Assembly: GCA_049322915.1 (NCBI GenBank)
Contig: JBMOPW010000007.1
Location: 276,246 to 340,245 of the forward strand
Reading direction: 5' to 3'
DNA length: 64,000 nucleotides
Origin: Candidatus Zhuqueibacterota bacterium
Lineage (GTDB): Bacteria; Zhuqueibacterota; Zhuqueibacteria; Thermofontimicrobiales; Thermofontimicrobiaceae
In this document: positions 37,124-48,104 of the stretch, in pieces
Layout: every line of letters starts with the position of its first letter
How positions within the stretch are numbered: position 1 is the first letter of the stretch
The notes under the pieces: generated by a model
The model's database searches: none
What the model was told of the DNA's origin: nothing
The model's input: only the letters and a program-made list of their open reading frames with translations
Position numbers and translations under genes: made by a program

Positions 37124-38176
37124 TTGGATTTATTGGATTTAAAAAAGATATTGGTGATTCGTACTGACCGTATCGGCGATGTGGTCCTGTCAACGCCGGT
37201 GTTGACTGCCCTGAAATCGCGCTACCCGCAGAGTCACGTGACCATGATGGTTCGCCCCTACACCCGGGAAATTGTCGAAGGCCACCCGGATGTGGATGAA
37301 ATTCTTGTCTTCGATGAACGCGTGTTGTCGGATAAAGTCGCCTACCGTTCATTCGTCCGGGAGATTCGGAATCGGCGTTTCGACGCGGCAATCACGGTGT
37401 ACCCCACGTTTCGGTTGGCCCGGCTCATTTACGCCAGCAAAATTCCGGTCCGATTGGGCACCGGCTATCGCTGGTATTCGATCCTTTTCAACAGGCGGGT
37501 GTACGAACACAGGAAACTCTCACTGCGTCACGAGCTTGAATACAATTTGCGAATGCTGCAAAAAATCGGGGTGCCCTACCCGGAGATGATCGATTTCAAG
37601 TTTAACGTCCCTGAATCTGCGTTGCAACGGGCGCGCGACTGGTTTACCTCGAATTCAATCGATCCGACAAGAGACAAAATTGTGCTAGTTCATCCTGGCA
37701 GCGGCGGTTCCGCGCTGGACTGGCCATTGGAGAAATTCGCGGCGTTCAGCGATGCATTGAACCAAATCCGGGACGTGAAAGTCATACTGACGGGCGGTCC
37801 CAATGAGCACGAGGTTGTGGACAAAGTGTACCAATTGACCCAGTCCCGGCCGATGCGCGCGGTGGGGATTTTTTCCATCAAGGAAATGGCAGCGTTCATC
37901 AGACTGTCACATTTGTTTGTGGCCAACAGCACCGGCCCGCTGCACATCGCTGTGGCAGTGGGCACTGAAGTGATTGGCTTTTTTTGTCCGCTGGTTCCGT
38001 GTCTGCCGCAACGGTGGGGGCCCTATGGCCGGATTGCGGATTCGGTTTTAATGCCGGAGGTGGATGCCTGTAAAAAATGCACGCGCAAAGGCTGCAAAAA
38101 CTGGAACTGTATGGAAATGATATCCGTAGAAAATGCCATGCACATGGCGAAAAATAAACTGAAGGTTGAAGCATGA
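37124..38176 (+). CDS. GT9 family LPS heptosyltransferase
   Basis: RTDRIGDVVLSTP, HPGSGGS..DWP, NSTGPLHIA, RWGP. Confidence 0.9.
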   Translation: MDLLDLKKILVIRTDRIGDVVLSTPVLTALKSRYPQSHVTMMVRPYTREIVEGHPDVDEILVFDERVLSDKVAYRSFVREIRNRRFDAAITVYPTFRLARLIYASKIPVRLGTGYRWYSILFNRRVYEHRKLSLRHELEYNLRMLQKIGVPYPEMIDFKFNVPESALQRARDWFTSNSIDPTRDKIVLVHPGSGGSALDWPLEKFAAFSDALNQIRDVKVILTGGPNEHEVVDKVYQLTQSRPMRAVGIFSIKEMAAFIRLSHLFVANSTGPLHIAVAVGTEVIGFFCPLVPCLPQRWGPYGRIADSVLMPEVDACKKCTRKGCKNWNCMEMISVENAMHMAKNKLKVEA

Positions 38177-39255
38177 AGAAGTACCCGGGACGCGCGAATG
38201 CATCCATGAAAGAAAAGCGCCGCCTGCAGGGAAACATTATCCTGGGCATCAGTCTGGTATGTCTATTCCAGGCGTGGGCGCAACAGGGACAGAAGTCAGC
38301 GGCGGACACGACCAAAGCGAAAGAGGCAGCCACGGCGATTCCGGCTTTGGAATATGCAGCCCTGCCGGACTCGGTTATTCCGGACAGCACGGTTCACCTG
38401 CTGGATTCTTTGAAAAATATATCGGACGTAGATGAAATTCTGGAGAATGAAAATTATATCATTCCCACGCCTGAGGATACGGTTGGTAAAATTAAGCTGC
38501 CCGTCAACGTGAAGAAAGACCAGTTCGCCTGGTTCGACGCAATGCAGTCCATCGATCGCGTTGTTGACAATGAGGCGTTTCAGGTCGGCGAGAAATTGAC
38601 ATTCACCATTCGGTATGGCATCATCAAAGCCGGTTCAGCCACCATGGGCATCCCGGATGAGGTGAAAGTACGGGGAAATAAAAGCTATAAAATTGTCACC
38701 GAAGCGCGATCCAGCAACTTTTTCTCAGCATTTTACAAAGTGCGCGACCGCGTTGAGTCCATCATGGATAAGGATGGATTATTTACGTGGCATTTCAAGA
38801 AGCAGCTTCGCGAGGGCAAGTATCGCGCGGAGCAATCGGTGGAGTACAACCAGGTCGCTGGTTGGGCAGTCACCAATAAAAAGGATAGCCTGCGCATTCC
38901 GCCCTGCGTCCAGGACATTCTCACGTCGTTCTATTACATCCGCACAAAAAACCTGGAGGTGGGAAAATCGCATTACATCGACAACCATGCCGACAATCGG
39001 CTCTATCCCCTCGAAGTGAAAGTGCATAAAAAAGAGCGCGTCAAGGTGGGCGCCGGGGAGTTCAACTGCATTGTCGTGGAGCCCATTATTCGCGCGAGCG
39101 GATTGTTCAAACAAAAAGGCCGGCTGCTGGTTTGGCTTTCGGATGATGAACGCAAGGTTCCGGTGCAGATGAAGAGCAAAATTATCATCGGTTACATCAC
39201 CGCCGAACTGATGAAAATGGAAGGAGTGAAAAAGCCGAACCATGCCCAATTATGA
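38173..39255 (+). CDS. DUF3108 family exported protein
   Basis: GEKLTFTIRYGIIKAG, FYKVRD, QDILTSFYYIR, VWLSDDERKVPV. Confidence 0.8.
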   Translation: MKKYPGRANASMKEKRRLQGNIILGISLVCLFQAWAQQGQKSAADTTKAKEAATAIPALEYAALPDSVIPDSTVHLLDSLKNISDVDEILENENYIIPTPEDTVGKIKLPVNVKKDQFAWFDAMQSIDRVVDNEAFQVGEKLTFTIRYGIIKAGSATMGIPDEVKVRGNKSYKIVTEARSSNFFSAFYKVRDRVESIMDKDGLFTWHFKKQLREGKYRAEQSVEYNQVAGWAVTNKKDSLRIPPCVQDILTSFYYIRTKNLEVGKSHYIDNHADNRLYPLEVKVHKKERVKVGAGEFNCIVVEPIIRASGLFKQKGRLLVWLSDDERKVPVQMKSKIIIGYITAELMKMEGVKKPNHAQL

Positions 39256-40207
39256 AAAAATTGATCTCTCGAAAATAACCACCTATTCGATACAAGACCG
39301 TCCCAGTAAAGTCGCTATTGCCACCTTTGCCCGACGCTATCAACCTGGCGCCGGTTTCGCTAATTTCATTGACAACCTGCCGCAAATTCTCATCGGCGCT
39401 GATTTCAAAGAACTCGTCGAACGGATCGTTCAGGCGCGAAGGGCGAACAAGCAGATCATCGCCATGATGGGCGCGCATGTCATCAAATGCGGCCTCAGCC
39501 CGCTCATCATTCAATTGATGGAGGAAGGCGTCATCCACGCGCTGGCGCTGAACGGCGCAGGGGTGATTCACGATACTGAAATCGCCAACTGGGGATATAC
39601 GTCCGAAGACGTGGCCGAAGCGCTCAACAACGGCAGCTTCGGCATGGTGCGCGAGACCGCCGATTTTATCAATGGTGCGCTGGAATCAGGTCGCGCTCAG
39701 GGATTGGGACTTGGCGAGTCGGTTGGCAAGCGAATTCTGGAAGCGAACAGCCGGAACGCCCATTTGAGCGTATTGGCCAATGGCTATAAAAACAATGTCC
39801 CGGTGACGGTGCACGTGGCAATTGGGACGGATATCATTCATCAGCACCCAAATACCAACGGCGCCACTGTGGGGGAGTTGAGCTTCCGCGATTTCCAGAT
39901 TTTTGCGCATCAGGTCAGTCGATTGGAACCTGGCAGTGTGGTGCTCAATCTGGGCTCCGCTGTCATTCTGCCTGAAGTTTTTCTCAAAGCGCTCACCGTT
40001 GCCCGCAATCTGGGACACAACGCCCATGGGTTTTTCACAGCAAATTTTGATATGCTCCGCCACTACCGGCCCCTGGTCAATGTCGTGCAGCGTCCGACCC
40101 AGACCGGCGGCAAAGGGTATCAGTTCACCGGCCATCATGAAATCATGATTCCGCTGCTGGCGGCTGCGGTGCTGGAAAAACTGGCATCTTCGGATACACC
40201 GCAATAG
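39242..40207 (+). CDS. Conserved hypothetical protein, deoxyhypusine-synthase-like fold
   Basis: MGAHVIKCGLSP, NGAGVIHD, PVTVHVAIGTDIIH, GSAVILPEVFLKA, GHHEIMIPLL. Confidence 0.7.
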   Translation: MPNYEKIDLSKITTYSIQDRPSKVAIATFARRYQPGAGFANFIDNLPQILIGADFKELVERIVQARRANKQIIAMMGAHVIKCGLSPLIIQLMEEGVIHALALNGAGVIHDTEIANWGYTSEDVAEALNNGSFGMVRETADFINGALESGRAQGLGLGESVGKRILEANSRNAHLSVLANGYKNNVPVTVHVAIGTDIIHQHPNTNGATVGELSFRDFQIFAHQVSRLEPGSVVLNLGSAVILPEVFLKALTVARNLGHNAHGFFTANFDMLRHYRPLVNVVQRPTQTGGKGYQFTGHHEIMIPLLAAAVLEKLASSDTPQ

Positions 40208-40501
40208 CGACTTCACCATCCCGCCGACGACATGCCGGCAAGGCGCATGGCGAGGCAAACTCCCTATTCCGCACAATGTAAACAAATGGTTATTTATCTG
40301 TAACGACTGTGTAATATGAAATGATTATCATATCCTGCAACCGATTGAAATGCTTCACAGGGTAAGAAGCAATTTCAGCGACAGGCCAGGTTTTGTTCTT
40401 TCTTATACTCTATTGCCTGAGGCGTATCCTTCAAGTTTACCTGGCCTGACGCATTTTTAACCCATCTGAGAATTGACACCTGCCAACGAAAGGATTCGGG
40501 G

Positions 40502-40756
40502 ATGAAGACTGAGGAAGAACTTGCACTGGAATTTTTTAATACGGTACGTGGCAAATACATCATTTCAAAAGCGCTGTTTCTGGCGATCGAGCACCTGGAG
40601 TCTCAGAAAGAAAACAACACCAACGCCAATCTCATCTTCGAGATGAAATATCTGATGGATAATTTATTCCCTCTGTGCAAAAAGCTTTACGAAACAAACG
40701 CGCCCGGACAAGCGAAACAGCAGCGCCTGTCAGCGTCGCCTCATTTCGAAAAGTAA
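40502..40756 (+). CDS. Small hypothetical protein
   Basis: 84-aa helical-looking ORF with upstream AAAGGA. Confidence 0.55.
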   Translation: MKTEEELALEFFNTVRGKYIISKALFLAIEHLESQKENNTNANLIFEMKYLMDNLFPLCKKLYETNAPGQAKQQRLSASPHFEK

Positions 40757-40929
40757 TTTGCTGAAGCCAGATGGGCGCCATCGCAACGATCGCAGTTATG
40801 TTCTAGAGAGCAGACATCAGGGCAGCAATAGAGACGTCCGCGGTTGAACATTCTCGCTGCTCCGATTCCAGTGAAATCAAGTGGAAATGACATACATAAT
40901 TCATTGTTCGAGAATTCAATTACAACCAA

Positions 40930-41751
40930 ATGCAAAAAATGGTTCGAAAAATAAACCACACAACACGACTGGCATGGCTTCTGTTCCTGGCCATCATTTC
41001 TCTGCCAGCCCTATCATTCGGCCAGGACGCATCGCCGCTGTTTGTCGTCGGCCAGAAATTGCAGTACCGGGTACACTGGATGCACATTCATCTGGGGACG
41101 GTCACGTTTCACATCAGCGACAGCCTGCAGATGCACGACGAGACTGTCTATCGGGTTCGATTCGATATCGATTCCAATCCGATGCTCTTCTTTGTCGACA
41201 TCCACAATCACTACGAAAGCTACGTGGACGCCCAATACCGGCCTCATCTCTACGTTTCAAATGAGCATGAAGAAGAGGTTGTGAAGCAGTTGCGCTACGA
41301 GTTCAATTACGCGCAACGCCAAATATCAGCCCGAAAAGAGATTCTGGCCGACAGCCTGGAAAGGTATGAAACGACCATCCCATTGCAGCAGCCGGTGTTC
41401 GAGGGAATGTCGCTGCTTTTTTATCTCCGCAACCAGGTGCATCAGAAAAAGGCCGATGAACTCAGTATCATTGAAAATTGTGAACTGAAAACGCTCACCA
41501 TTGAAAACACCCTGGCGCTGAAGAGAATGCCGTCCGTGACTGACGGTGCGGCGATTGAAGCCTATGAGCTGTTAGGCCATGCAAAATTCGCCTCGACCGC
41601 CGGACTGTCCGGAAAATTCCGCATCTGGGTGTCGAACGATGCGCATCGCATCCCGTTGAAGATCGAACTGAACGTGTTCCTCGGAAAGATAAAGATGGTG
41701 CTGGAACACTGGCATGATCCCAATGTCCTGGCGGCTAAGTTCGCGGAGTGA
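40930..41751 (+). CDS. DUF3108 family exported protein (second paralog)
   Basis: Signal peptide, GQKLQYRVHWMHIHLG, SLLFYLR, IWVSNDAHRIPLK. Confidence 0.75.
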   Translation: MQKMVRKINHTTRLAWLLFLAIISLPALSFGQDASPLFVVGQKLQYRVHWMHIHLGTVTFHISDSLQMHDETVYRVRFDIDSNPMLFFVDIHNHYESYVDAQYRPHLYVSNEHEEEVVKQLRYEFNYAQRQISARKEILADSLERYETTIPLQQPVFEGMSLLFYLRNQVHQKKADELSIIENCELKTLTIENTLALKRMPSVTDGAAIEAYELLGHAKFASTAGLSGKFRIWVSNDAHRIPLKIELNVFLGKIKMVLEHWHDPNVLAAKFAE

Positions 41752-41769
41752 TGCGGACAGCCGTTGCGG

Positions 41770-43647
41770 CTATTCGAATCGGAAAGTGAACAGTGGGTAA
41801 TTGCCCGATTCCGTCGAGACTTCAACCGCAAGATCGCGCTGCCCCTCAGACGCCGGCGCTGGATTGTCAATGAAGAGCGCGTCGCAAATCACGGCATTGA
41901 CAGGCCAATCTTGCAGGGCGAATCGGCCAAACACCGGCTGATGCGTCAACTCGTGGCTCCTGCCATCCATCGTAACGACCAGTTGAATACCCCTACCTGA
42001 TCTCCATGTCTCAGATTTTTCCCAATAGATGCGAAAATACGCTTGCCGGGAGTCAATGTAAATCGGCTTCCAGCCGCGACATGTGATGCCGTCGCCCAAA
42101 TCGCTGGTGACTACCGGACGTGTCTCTTGCGGCAATTCATCGGAAATCGCCCATTGCGCGAAGCTTTCCCGGGGATCGACATGCCGCTGCATGCAGAAAA
42201 TATCATCCTGCTCAAAGAGCAATCCCAACGAGGTATCGCTGAGGGCGGAGCGAGTGTGGGCGTTCATCGCCGGAACTTTAGCGGTTGGAAATTTCCCCGC
42301 CGGATTCCTGATCTCGACTCCGGGCCGATTCAGTTCAATGCACACGATGTCGACGCTGTCGGCGTGCTGCGGAAAGTGATAGAGATTTTGTCGGGCCGCC
42401 AGGTGCGGTCCCAGACGGGCTGTGGCTGAGACCGAGTGCTCCGGCGCAATGGAACGCAGCTTGCCCGAGAGCGCGATCTGATTTTCCGCGGGCTGCCAGG
42501 TGCGATGAAAGCGCAGAATGGAGTAGTGCCCGGTAGCAAACATCGACGCGACAAGGATTGCGCCTGAAGCGACGAGCAAAATCCGGTGTTTCTTTTCCCC
42601 TGACAGGGAGGGTCGATTCAGTCGCTTCGTGAGATGGGCCAATCCCTGAACTGCGGCTAAAAACAGGAATGGGGTGATGGCTGCCGTGTATTGATATTCG
42701 ATCTGGCGCATGGGCGACCAGTCGCTGAGCAGGTTCAGCAGCAATGTGGGAAGGCAAATCATGAGAATGGCAGGCGCCAGCAGGCACATCCCCAAAAGCG
42801 GCAGGAGCAGTTTGATCAGATACAGCATATTCTCCGCGCTGAACAGCGTGTGCAGGAAATACGCCGGCCGCAGCAGGGGCGCTGTGAACAGCGAGAAAAT
42901 GCCATGGTCGCCCAAATGGCTCCAATTGGATGCCGCGCTTGTCTCACTTAATATTTCCGTCGTCGCAAACAGGTGTCCGCGCAGATAAAATAACATGAGC
43001 CAGATAGCGCCCAGGCTGATGAGCGGCAGACCAATGCGCTTCATCTTTTTGAAAAGAATGGCGTACACGCCCAGCATGAAAACGGCGATGGCGACGTCTT
43101 CGCGGCAGGAGATGGACAACAGCGCGAAGATGATGGTTCCGGATACCGAGCCGCGATCCAGAAAATAAAACGCGTAGAGAAGAAAGGTCGAGGCAAATGT
43201 CAGTCCGTGCAGATCGAATAAATTCGCCCCGTGCAGCGCCGGGTAAAACAGGTAGGCGATGGCGATCAGCACGCCGGACGTTTCGGAAGCAAGCCGTTTT
43301 CGCGCAAAAAGATAAATGGGAAAAACGCCCAGCGCCAGCGTGGCCGTTTGAATGTGCAGCAACAATGGGACAGAATGGAACAGTCGGAAGATCAACGCCA
43401 GCGGCAGGTAAATGAATTCCCAATGAGCCACGGCAATCCGCGACGTGGAAATTCCCATATTAATGCTTTCGTGCAGCACTCGGCCGTGGGCAGTGTTCCA
43501 GATGGACTGGATCATGATGCCGAGGTCCCAAAACGTGGCGTTGAAGCTGAAAAAACGATTGCCCGCCCAGTGGCCAATAATTGCAGTGTAGGCGATGGCG
43601 CTGGCTGAAAGGCCGATCCGCGGGAGCATATTTGTATTTCGTTGCAT
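41770..43647 (-). CDS. DUF2079 multi-pass membrane protein (GT-C-like)
   Basis: WDLGIMIQSIWN, H.E.I..PLA, LFDLH, CRED, YQYTA. Start uncertain (43647 or 43629). Confidence 0.8.
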   Translation of the reverse strand: MQRNTNMLPRIGLSASAIAYTAIIGHWAGNRFFSFNATFWDLGIMIQSIWNTAHGRVLHESINMGISTSRIAVAHWEFIYLPLALIFRLFHSVPLLLHIQTATLALGVFPIYLFARKRLASETSGVLIAIAYLFYPALHGANLFDLHGLTFASTFLLYAFYFLDRGSVSGTIIFALLSISCREDVAIAVFMLGVYAILFKKMKRIGLPLISLGAIWLMLFYLRGHLFATTEILSETSAASNWSHLGDHGIFSLFTAPLLRPAYFLHTLFSAENMLYLIKLLLPLLGMCLLAPAILMICLPTLLLNLLSDWSPMRQIEYQYTAAITPFLFLAAVQGLAHLTKRLNRPSLSGEKKHRILLVASGAILVASMFATGHYSILRFHRTWQPAENQIALSGKLRSIAPEHSVSATARLGPHLAARQNLYHFPQHADSVDIVCIELNRPGVEIRNPAGKFPTAKVPAMNAHTRSALSDTSLGLLFEQDDIFCMQRHVDPRESFAQWAISDELPQETRPVVTSDLGDGITCRGWKPIYIDSRQAYFRIYWEKSETWRSGRGIQLVVTMDGRSHELTHQPVFGRFALQDWPVNAVICDALFIDNPAPASEGQRDLAVEVSTESGNYPLFTFRFE

Positions 43648-43700
43648 GGCATTCCTGAAAGTGTGTGAAAGACAAGCGGCCGGAACATCTGCCGGTGCGT

Positions 43701-46019
43701 TCAATGATGCAGGCGAATCCATTTTTGCAGCCGCGTGGGACTCATGACGCCCCATTCGACAAAATACAGCCGGCGTCCGCCCGGCTCGACCGCGATCCCT
43801 TTGATGATGCGCTGCGGCGCCGCAGTGTCGTACAGGTAGTCGATATTATTTCGCCGGGGATCGAATCGGGCCACGGTGTTTTTATCATGCAGCGAGATGA
43901 AAACCCTGCCGGAATCGTCGGTGGCAACCAGCCCCATTCCCACGCCGGATATGGGCAAATCGTCTTTTTTGCGATAGTCCGCCCGCGCGTTCGCCGCAGT
44001 TCCCTGCCAGCAATGCACGGTTCCCTCGGCCTGACAGGCAATGTACACCCGGTCCCCGGCCGGACTCACCGCTATGCCCTGGTTGAGATGGCCGCCGAAA
44101 ATCGGGCTGCCCGATAGCTCATCGAGTCGCGAATTAAAAACATGCCAGGCAGGGCCATCCTGTTCAATGACGAAAATCGTCCCGGCAGAATCGACGTCCA
44201 ATTCGCCAGGGAAAAAGGTAACCTGTTTCACAAGTTCGGCTTTACCGGTGAAACTGTTTATTTTGGCCAGGAGCCCTTTGTTGGCGTACAGCGCGAGCCA
44301 GATCGCGCCGGTCGCATCGCAGGCAATCCCGGTCACATTCGTGACCGGAATGGGCGCATTGCCCGGGACGTACAACTGCCGGATCGGCGAGATGGCGGAT
44401 TCCCTTCCGTTCGGGTCAATAATCCGCACCTGATTGCTGCCGCGCTCTGCCACCCAGATTCTATTCTGCAAATCGACATCCGCATATTCAGCATTCTGCA
44501 ACAGCGGCCCCCATGACTCGAAAAATCGATAGCGCTGCTCCTTCGGCAAAATGGGCATCCGCTGCATCGGGGATAACGCTATCGCAGAATCGGACCCACT
44601 GTGCGACAGCACTTTTATTTGAAAATAAATTTCTTGTATTTCGTCGGGATTGGGAACAGGCAGCGTGGTTTTCCAGTCCGTACTATTTCGTTCGAACAGC
44701 GATTGCCGGATACTGTTGTTCGGGAACGGCCGGTCGCTCCACAGCAACCACGGTTGAATGAGCTGTTGCGCAGGAAGGTCTGAGCCGATCAGGGTGCACG
44801 TCACGGTCGCTGTCTGGCCCGGCGCTGGCAGGTCCGGAAGCCAGGCAATGCTGTCGATTCTCACCTCAGCCATGTGATTTTCCGGCCAGGTCAATTTCGG
44901 TGCAGTCTGACGGTAAATCTGATTCTTCAGAATTCTGACCGACTGAGTGTTGCCGTTATCGAAAAGATCTTTCCAGGCGAAAAGACAATGGCCGTTCAGC
45001 CCAGCCTGGCGGGAGTAATAGACCTGCTCCAGCAGCGCAGCGTTATTCGCCACAATCATTCCGGGGTAGACAGGGATGGCGCCGGCAAGATCGGAATAGC
45101 TTTTCACGAGGCGCCGGAACAGCGTCATGTGTGGTGTGTAAATCATGGGCACGATGAAATCGACGATGCCCTGTCTGAGCCATGTTTCCACGTCCTGGAA
45201 ATAGAGAAATTTTCCCATGTGTAAATTTTTGACTACAGCGCAGGAAACGGCAATGTCCTTTGGTCCGGCGTGGGCGAGCGAGTAAATTTTTGTCAGCAAC
45301 TCCGTGATGGCGTCGCGGCGGAAGTCATCCCATGCGTCCGAATCCGCCCGGGGATCGGATCCGTGGCGCTGGAGAAAGCGGAGGATCGATTCCTCGTCAT
45401 AGGAATAGCCCGGCCCGGGATAGCGGATGTAATCCAGATGCAGCCCATCAATGGCATAGCCGTCGATGATCTCCTCCACTAATTTCAGCAAATGCGCCTG
45501 CACCCGGGGATGCGTGGGCGAGAGCCAGAAATAATGATCATGGCCCGCCTGCGGCCGCTGTTCTTCATCGATGACGAACCATTCCGGATGGGCTCGATAC
45601 AGGGATGAAGCGTTCTCAGCGAGGGAATTGCCATTGCTGCCGGGATAGACGTTCATCCAGGCGTGAAGCTGCAAGCCCAGTTCGCGCGCGTAATGGACGG
45701 CTGTCGCCAATGGGTCCCATGAGGAATCGGAGCGGCTGTTCAACCAGCCAGAGGGCTCAATCGTCGAGCGAAAATAGACCGAGCCGGCCCCGCGGATTTG
45801 AAAGAAAATCGTATTGAAGTGATGCTCCCGGGCCAGGGCGAAAATGCGGGCAATGTCGCCGGGCGAAGAAAAATCCCAGCGGGTGACCCAGAGACCGCGG
45901 AGTTCCGCGTCCCCGGCATCGGTTTCCCGGCAGAATCCCGGCGTTTGCGGAAACGGGCCGGGAAGTAATGCGATTGACAGTAACAGTGCCAGGAAGAGAG
46001 ACTGATTCTTTGTGTTCAT
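43701..46019 (-). CDS. GHL10 (DUF187) glycosyl hydrolase with C-terminal beta-propeller
   Basis: ELRGLWV, FNTIFFQIRG, WDPL, LHAWMN, DGLHLDYIRYP, DFIVPMIY; NHL-like repeats at the C-terminus; signal peptide from ATG 46019. Confidence 0.85.
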   Translation of the reverse strand: MNTKNQSLFLALLLSIALLPGPFPQTPGFCRETDAGDAELRGLWVTRWDFSSPGDIARIFALAREHHFNTIFFQIRGAGSVYFRSTIEPSGWLNSRSDSSWDPLATAVHYARELGLQLHAWMNVYPGSNGNSLAENASSLYRAHPEWFVIDEEQRPQAGHDHYFWLSPTHPRVQAHLLKLVEEIIDGYAIDGLHLDYIRYPGPGYSYDEESILRFLQRHGSDPRADSDAWDDFRRDAITELLTKIYSLAHAGPKDIAVSCAVVKNLHMGKFLYFQDVETWLRQGIVDFIVPMIYTPHMTLFRRLVKSYSDLAGAIPVYPGMIVANNAALLEQVYYSRQAGLNGHCLFAWKDLFDNGNTQSVRILKNQIYRQTAPKLTWPENHMAEVRIDSIAWLPDLPAPGQTATVTCTLIGSDLPAQQLIQPWLLWSDRPFPNNSIRQSLFERNSTDWKTTLPVPNPDEIQEIYFQIKVLSHSGSDSAIALSPMQRMPILPKEQRYRFFESWGPLLQNAEYADVDLQNRIWVAERGSNQVRIIDPNGRESAISPIRQLYVPGNAPIPVTNVTGIACDATGAIWLALYANKGLLAKINSFTGKAELVKQVTFFPGELDVDSAGTIFVIEQDGPAWHVFNSRLDELSGSPIFGGHLNQGIAVSPAGDRVYIACQAEGTVHCWQGTAANARADYRKKDDLPISGVGMGLVATDDSGRVFISLHDKNTVARFDPRRNNIDYLYDTAAPQRIIKGIAVEPGGRRLYFVEWGVMSPTRLQKWIRLHH

Positions 46020-46142
46020 ACTGAATTCCAGGGTGCGATAATGTCTTCGGAGACAATTCAGGCTGCCGAATGGGAGGATGACCGCCGTCGCCCGTGACAG
46101 CCTGCTCACTGCGTCAATGTCTCCCAATTAGTGGGCATCGTC

Positions 46143-48026
46143 TCAGGCGTTGCTCTTTTTTCTGCCGAATTCCGGATCAATGGGGAGCAGTTTCGCCAAC
46201 ACAATGCCGGGGATGGTCGAAATGCACACCCAGATGAAAAAGTTGGTGTACCCGATCAACTCCTGAATCCAGCCGCTGATCATGCCGGGAATCATCATGC
46301 CCAGCGCCATGAACCCGGTTGTGATGGCGAAGTGCGCCGTTTTAAATTCGCCCTCGGAGACAAGGATCATGTACAGCATGTAGGCGGCAAATCCGAATCC
46401 GTAGCCAATTTGCTCAATGCCGACGCAGAGATTGATGATGTACAGATTGGCGGTTTGCGTGTAAGCCATATAAATGTAAACCGCGTCCGGGATGTTGATG
46501 GCGAGCGCCATCCACACGATCCATCGCTTCAAGCCATGTCTTGCGGCTAAGAATCCGCCCAGCAGGCCGCCCACAGTCAGCATCAAAATGCCGACGGTGC
46601 CATAAATGAAACCGACCTGTCCGGTGGTGAGCCCTAAACCACCGGTCTCCTGAGAGTCCAGTAAAAAAGGCGAGGCCAACTTGATGAGCTGGGATTCGCC
46701 CAACCGGTAGAGCAGCAGAAAGGCGATGGATAAGCCGATATGTTTTTTCTTGAAAAACAACACAAAGGTATTGCCGAAATCTTTAAAAAAAGAGGACAGG
46801 GATTCGTGTTTGCGGGGCACGTCCGTGGCTGGTCGCGGCAGAACGAAATGATGGTACAGGGAGAAAAGGACGAATAATGCAGCCATGAAGAAAAATGTCA
46901 CCATCCACGACAGGGGGATATTGCCGGCTCTGGCTGCGAAGGACGCGGATGTCTGAGATTTCAATTTTGGATCCAACTGAATGACGGCCATGAGTGGCTT
47001 ATTCCAGTTGGCCTCAGTGAACGTCGCGCGGGTGCCTTCTTTCAGCTCGATGCTTTTGTCGCCGGCCTCCCGGCCAAAATTGACGACGATCTGTTCCCCC
47101 GGTTTCGGCTGTCTGGAAAGATGCAAATACATGACAGCGACATTGCCGGCCGCGGCGTCTGTCACGATGGCCGGCTGCTTTTCGCCAAATGCCTGGCGAA
47201 TGAATGTTTCGATCTTTGTGACAACCACGCGCTGCCACCAGGATTGCTCTGAAGGTGATTGTTTTTTCTGCGCTGCATGATGCTGGCTGTTCGGGAAATT
47301 GGCCGCGTTCCATTCCCGGGCATACGCGACGATGGAATCGGCTTCAGCCCGTGTTCTTTTAACGATTGGAATTTCCAGTTTCTCGGGATGCAGTACCAGC
47401 CGCAGGTCACCATCCAGCGGTTGAAAAGTCAGTCTATCCGGCGCGATGGGCTGTTGAACAACAGTCTGCTGGACGGATTCGACGCGCAGGTTGACGCCGG
47501 GCAGGCCACTGTGGCTTTCGAGATAGCCGGCGAGAATGACCAGAAGTCCCTGGCCGGTCAACATGGCGAATCGGTAAAATGTGCTGCGCACGCCGACGAA
47601 CCAGGCCTGTTGGTGCTGGGTCAATCCCAGCATGTAAAATCCATCGGCGGCGATATCGTGCGTCGCTGAACTGAACGCCATCAGCCAGAAAAATGCCAGC
47701 GTGAACTGGAAGAAGCGGGCGACCGGAATGGTGAACGCGACGCAGGCCAGGCAGGCGCCAATGAAAAGCTGCATGCCTATGATCCAGAGCCGTTTGGTTC
47801 GGAACAGGTCGACAATGGGACTCCAGATCGGTTTGATGACCCACGGCAGGTAAAGCCAGCTTGTGTACAGTGCAATATCCGTATTGGAAATTCCCATGCG
47901 TTTGTACATGATCACTGAGATAGTCATGACGACAATGTAGGGTATTCCTTCGGCATAATAGAGGCTCGGTACCCAGACCCACGGAGATAACGAGTTTGAA
48001 GCTTTTTGAGTTGCGGTTTTCGCCAT
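46143..48026 (-). CDS. ampG: AmpG-like muropeptide MFS permease with a ~195-aa inserted domain
   Basis: WVPSLYYAEGIP, LPWVIKPIWSP, SATHDIAADGFY, YRLGESQL, YGFGFAAYM, TAHFAITTGFMA. Confidence 0.85.
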   Translation of the reverse strand: MAKTATQKASNSLSPWVWVPSLYYAEGIPYIVVMTISVIMYKRMGISNTDIALYTSWLYLPWVIKPIWSPIVDLFRTKRLWIIGMQLFIGACLACVAFTIPVARFFQFTLAFFWLMAFSSATHDIAADGFYMLGLTQHQQAWFVGVRSTFYRFAMLTGQGLLVILAGYLESHSGLPGVNLRVESVQQTVVQQPIAPDRLTFQPLDGDLRLVLHPEKLEIPIVKRTRAEADSIVAYAREWNAANFPNSQHHAAQKKQSPSEQSWWQRVVVTKIETFIRQAFGEKQPAIVTDAAAGNVAVMYLHLSRQPKPGEQIVVNFGREAGDKSIELKEGTRATFTEANWNKPLMAVIQLDPKLKSQTSASFAARAGNIPLSWMVTFFFMAALFVLFSLYHHFVLPRPATDVPRKHESLSSFFKDFGNTFVLFFKKKHIGLSIAFLLLYRLGESQLIKLASPFLLDSQETGGLGLTTGQVGFIYGTVGILMLTVGGLLGGFLAARHGLKRWIVWMALAINIPDAVYIYMAYTQTANLYIINLCVGIEQIGYGFGFAAYMLYMILVSEGEFKTAHFAITTGFMALGMMIPGMISGWIQELIGYTNFFIWVCISTIPGIVLAKLLPIDPEFGRKKSNA

Positions 48027-48104
48027 TTCAGCTCTCCGATCTGCCAGTTTAATGAGATGTATTTTCGATGGGAAGTAATTTGTTCGCTGCGAAAAAGAAG
48101 TCTG

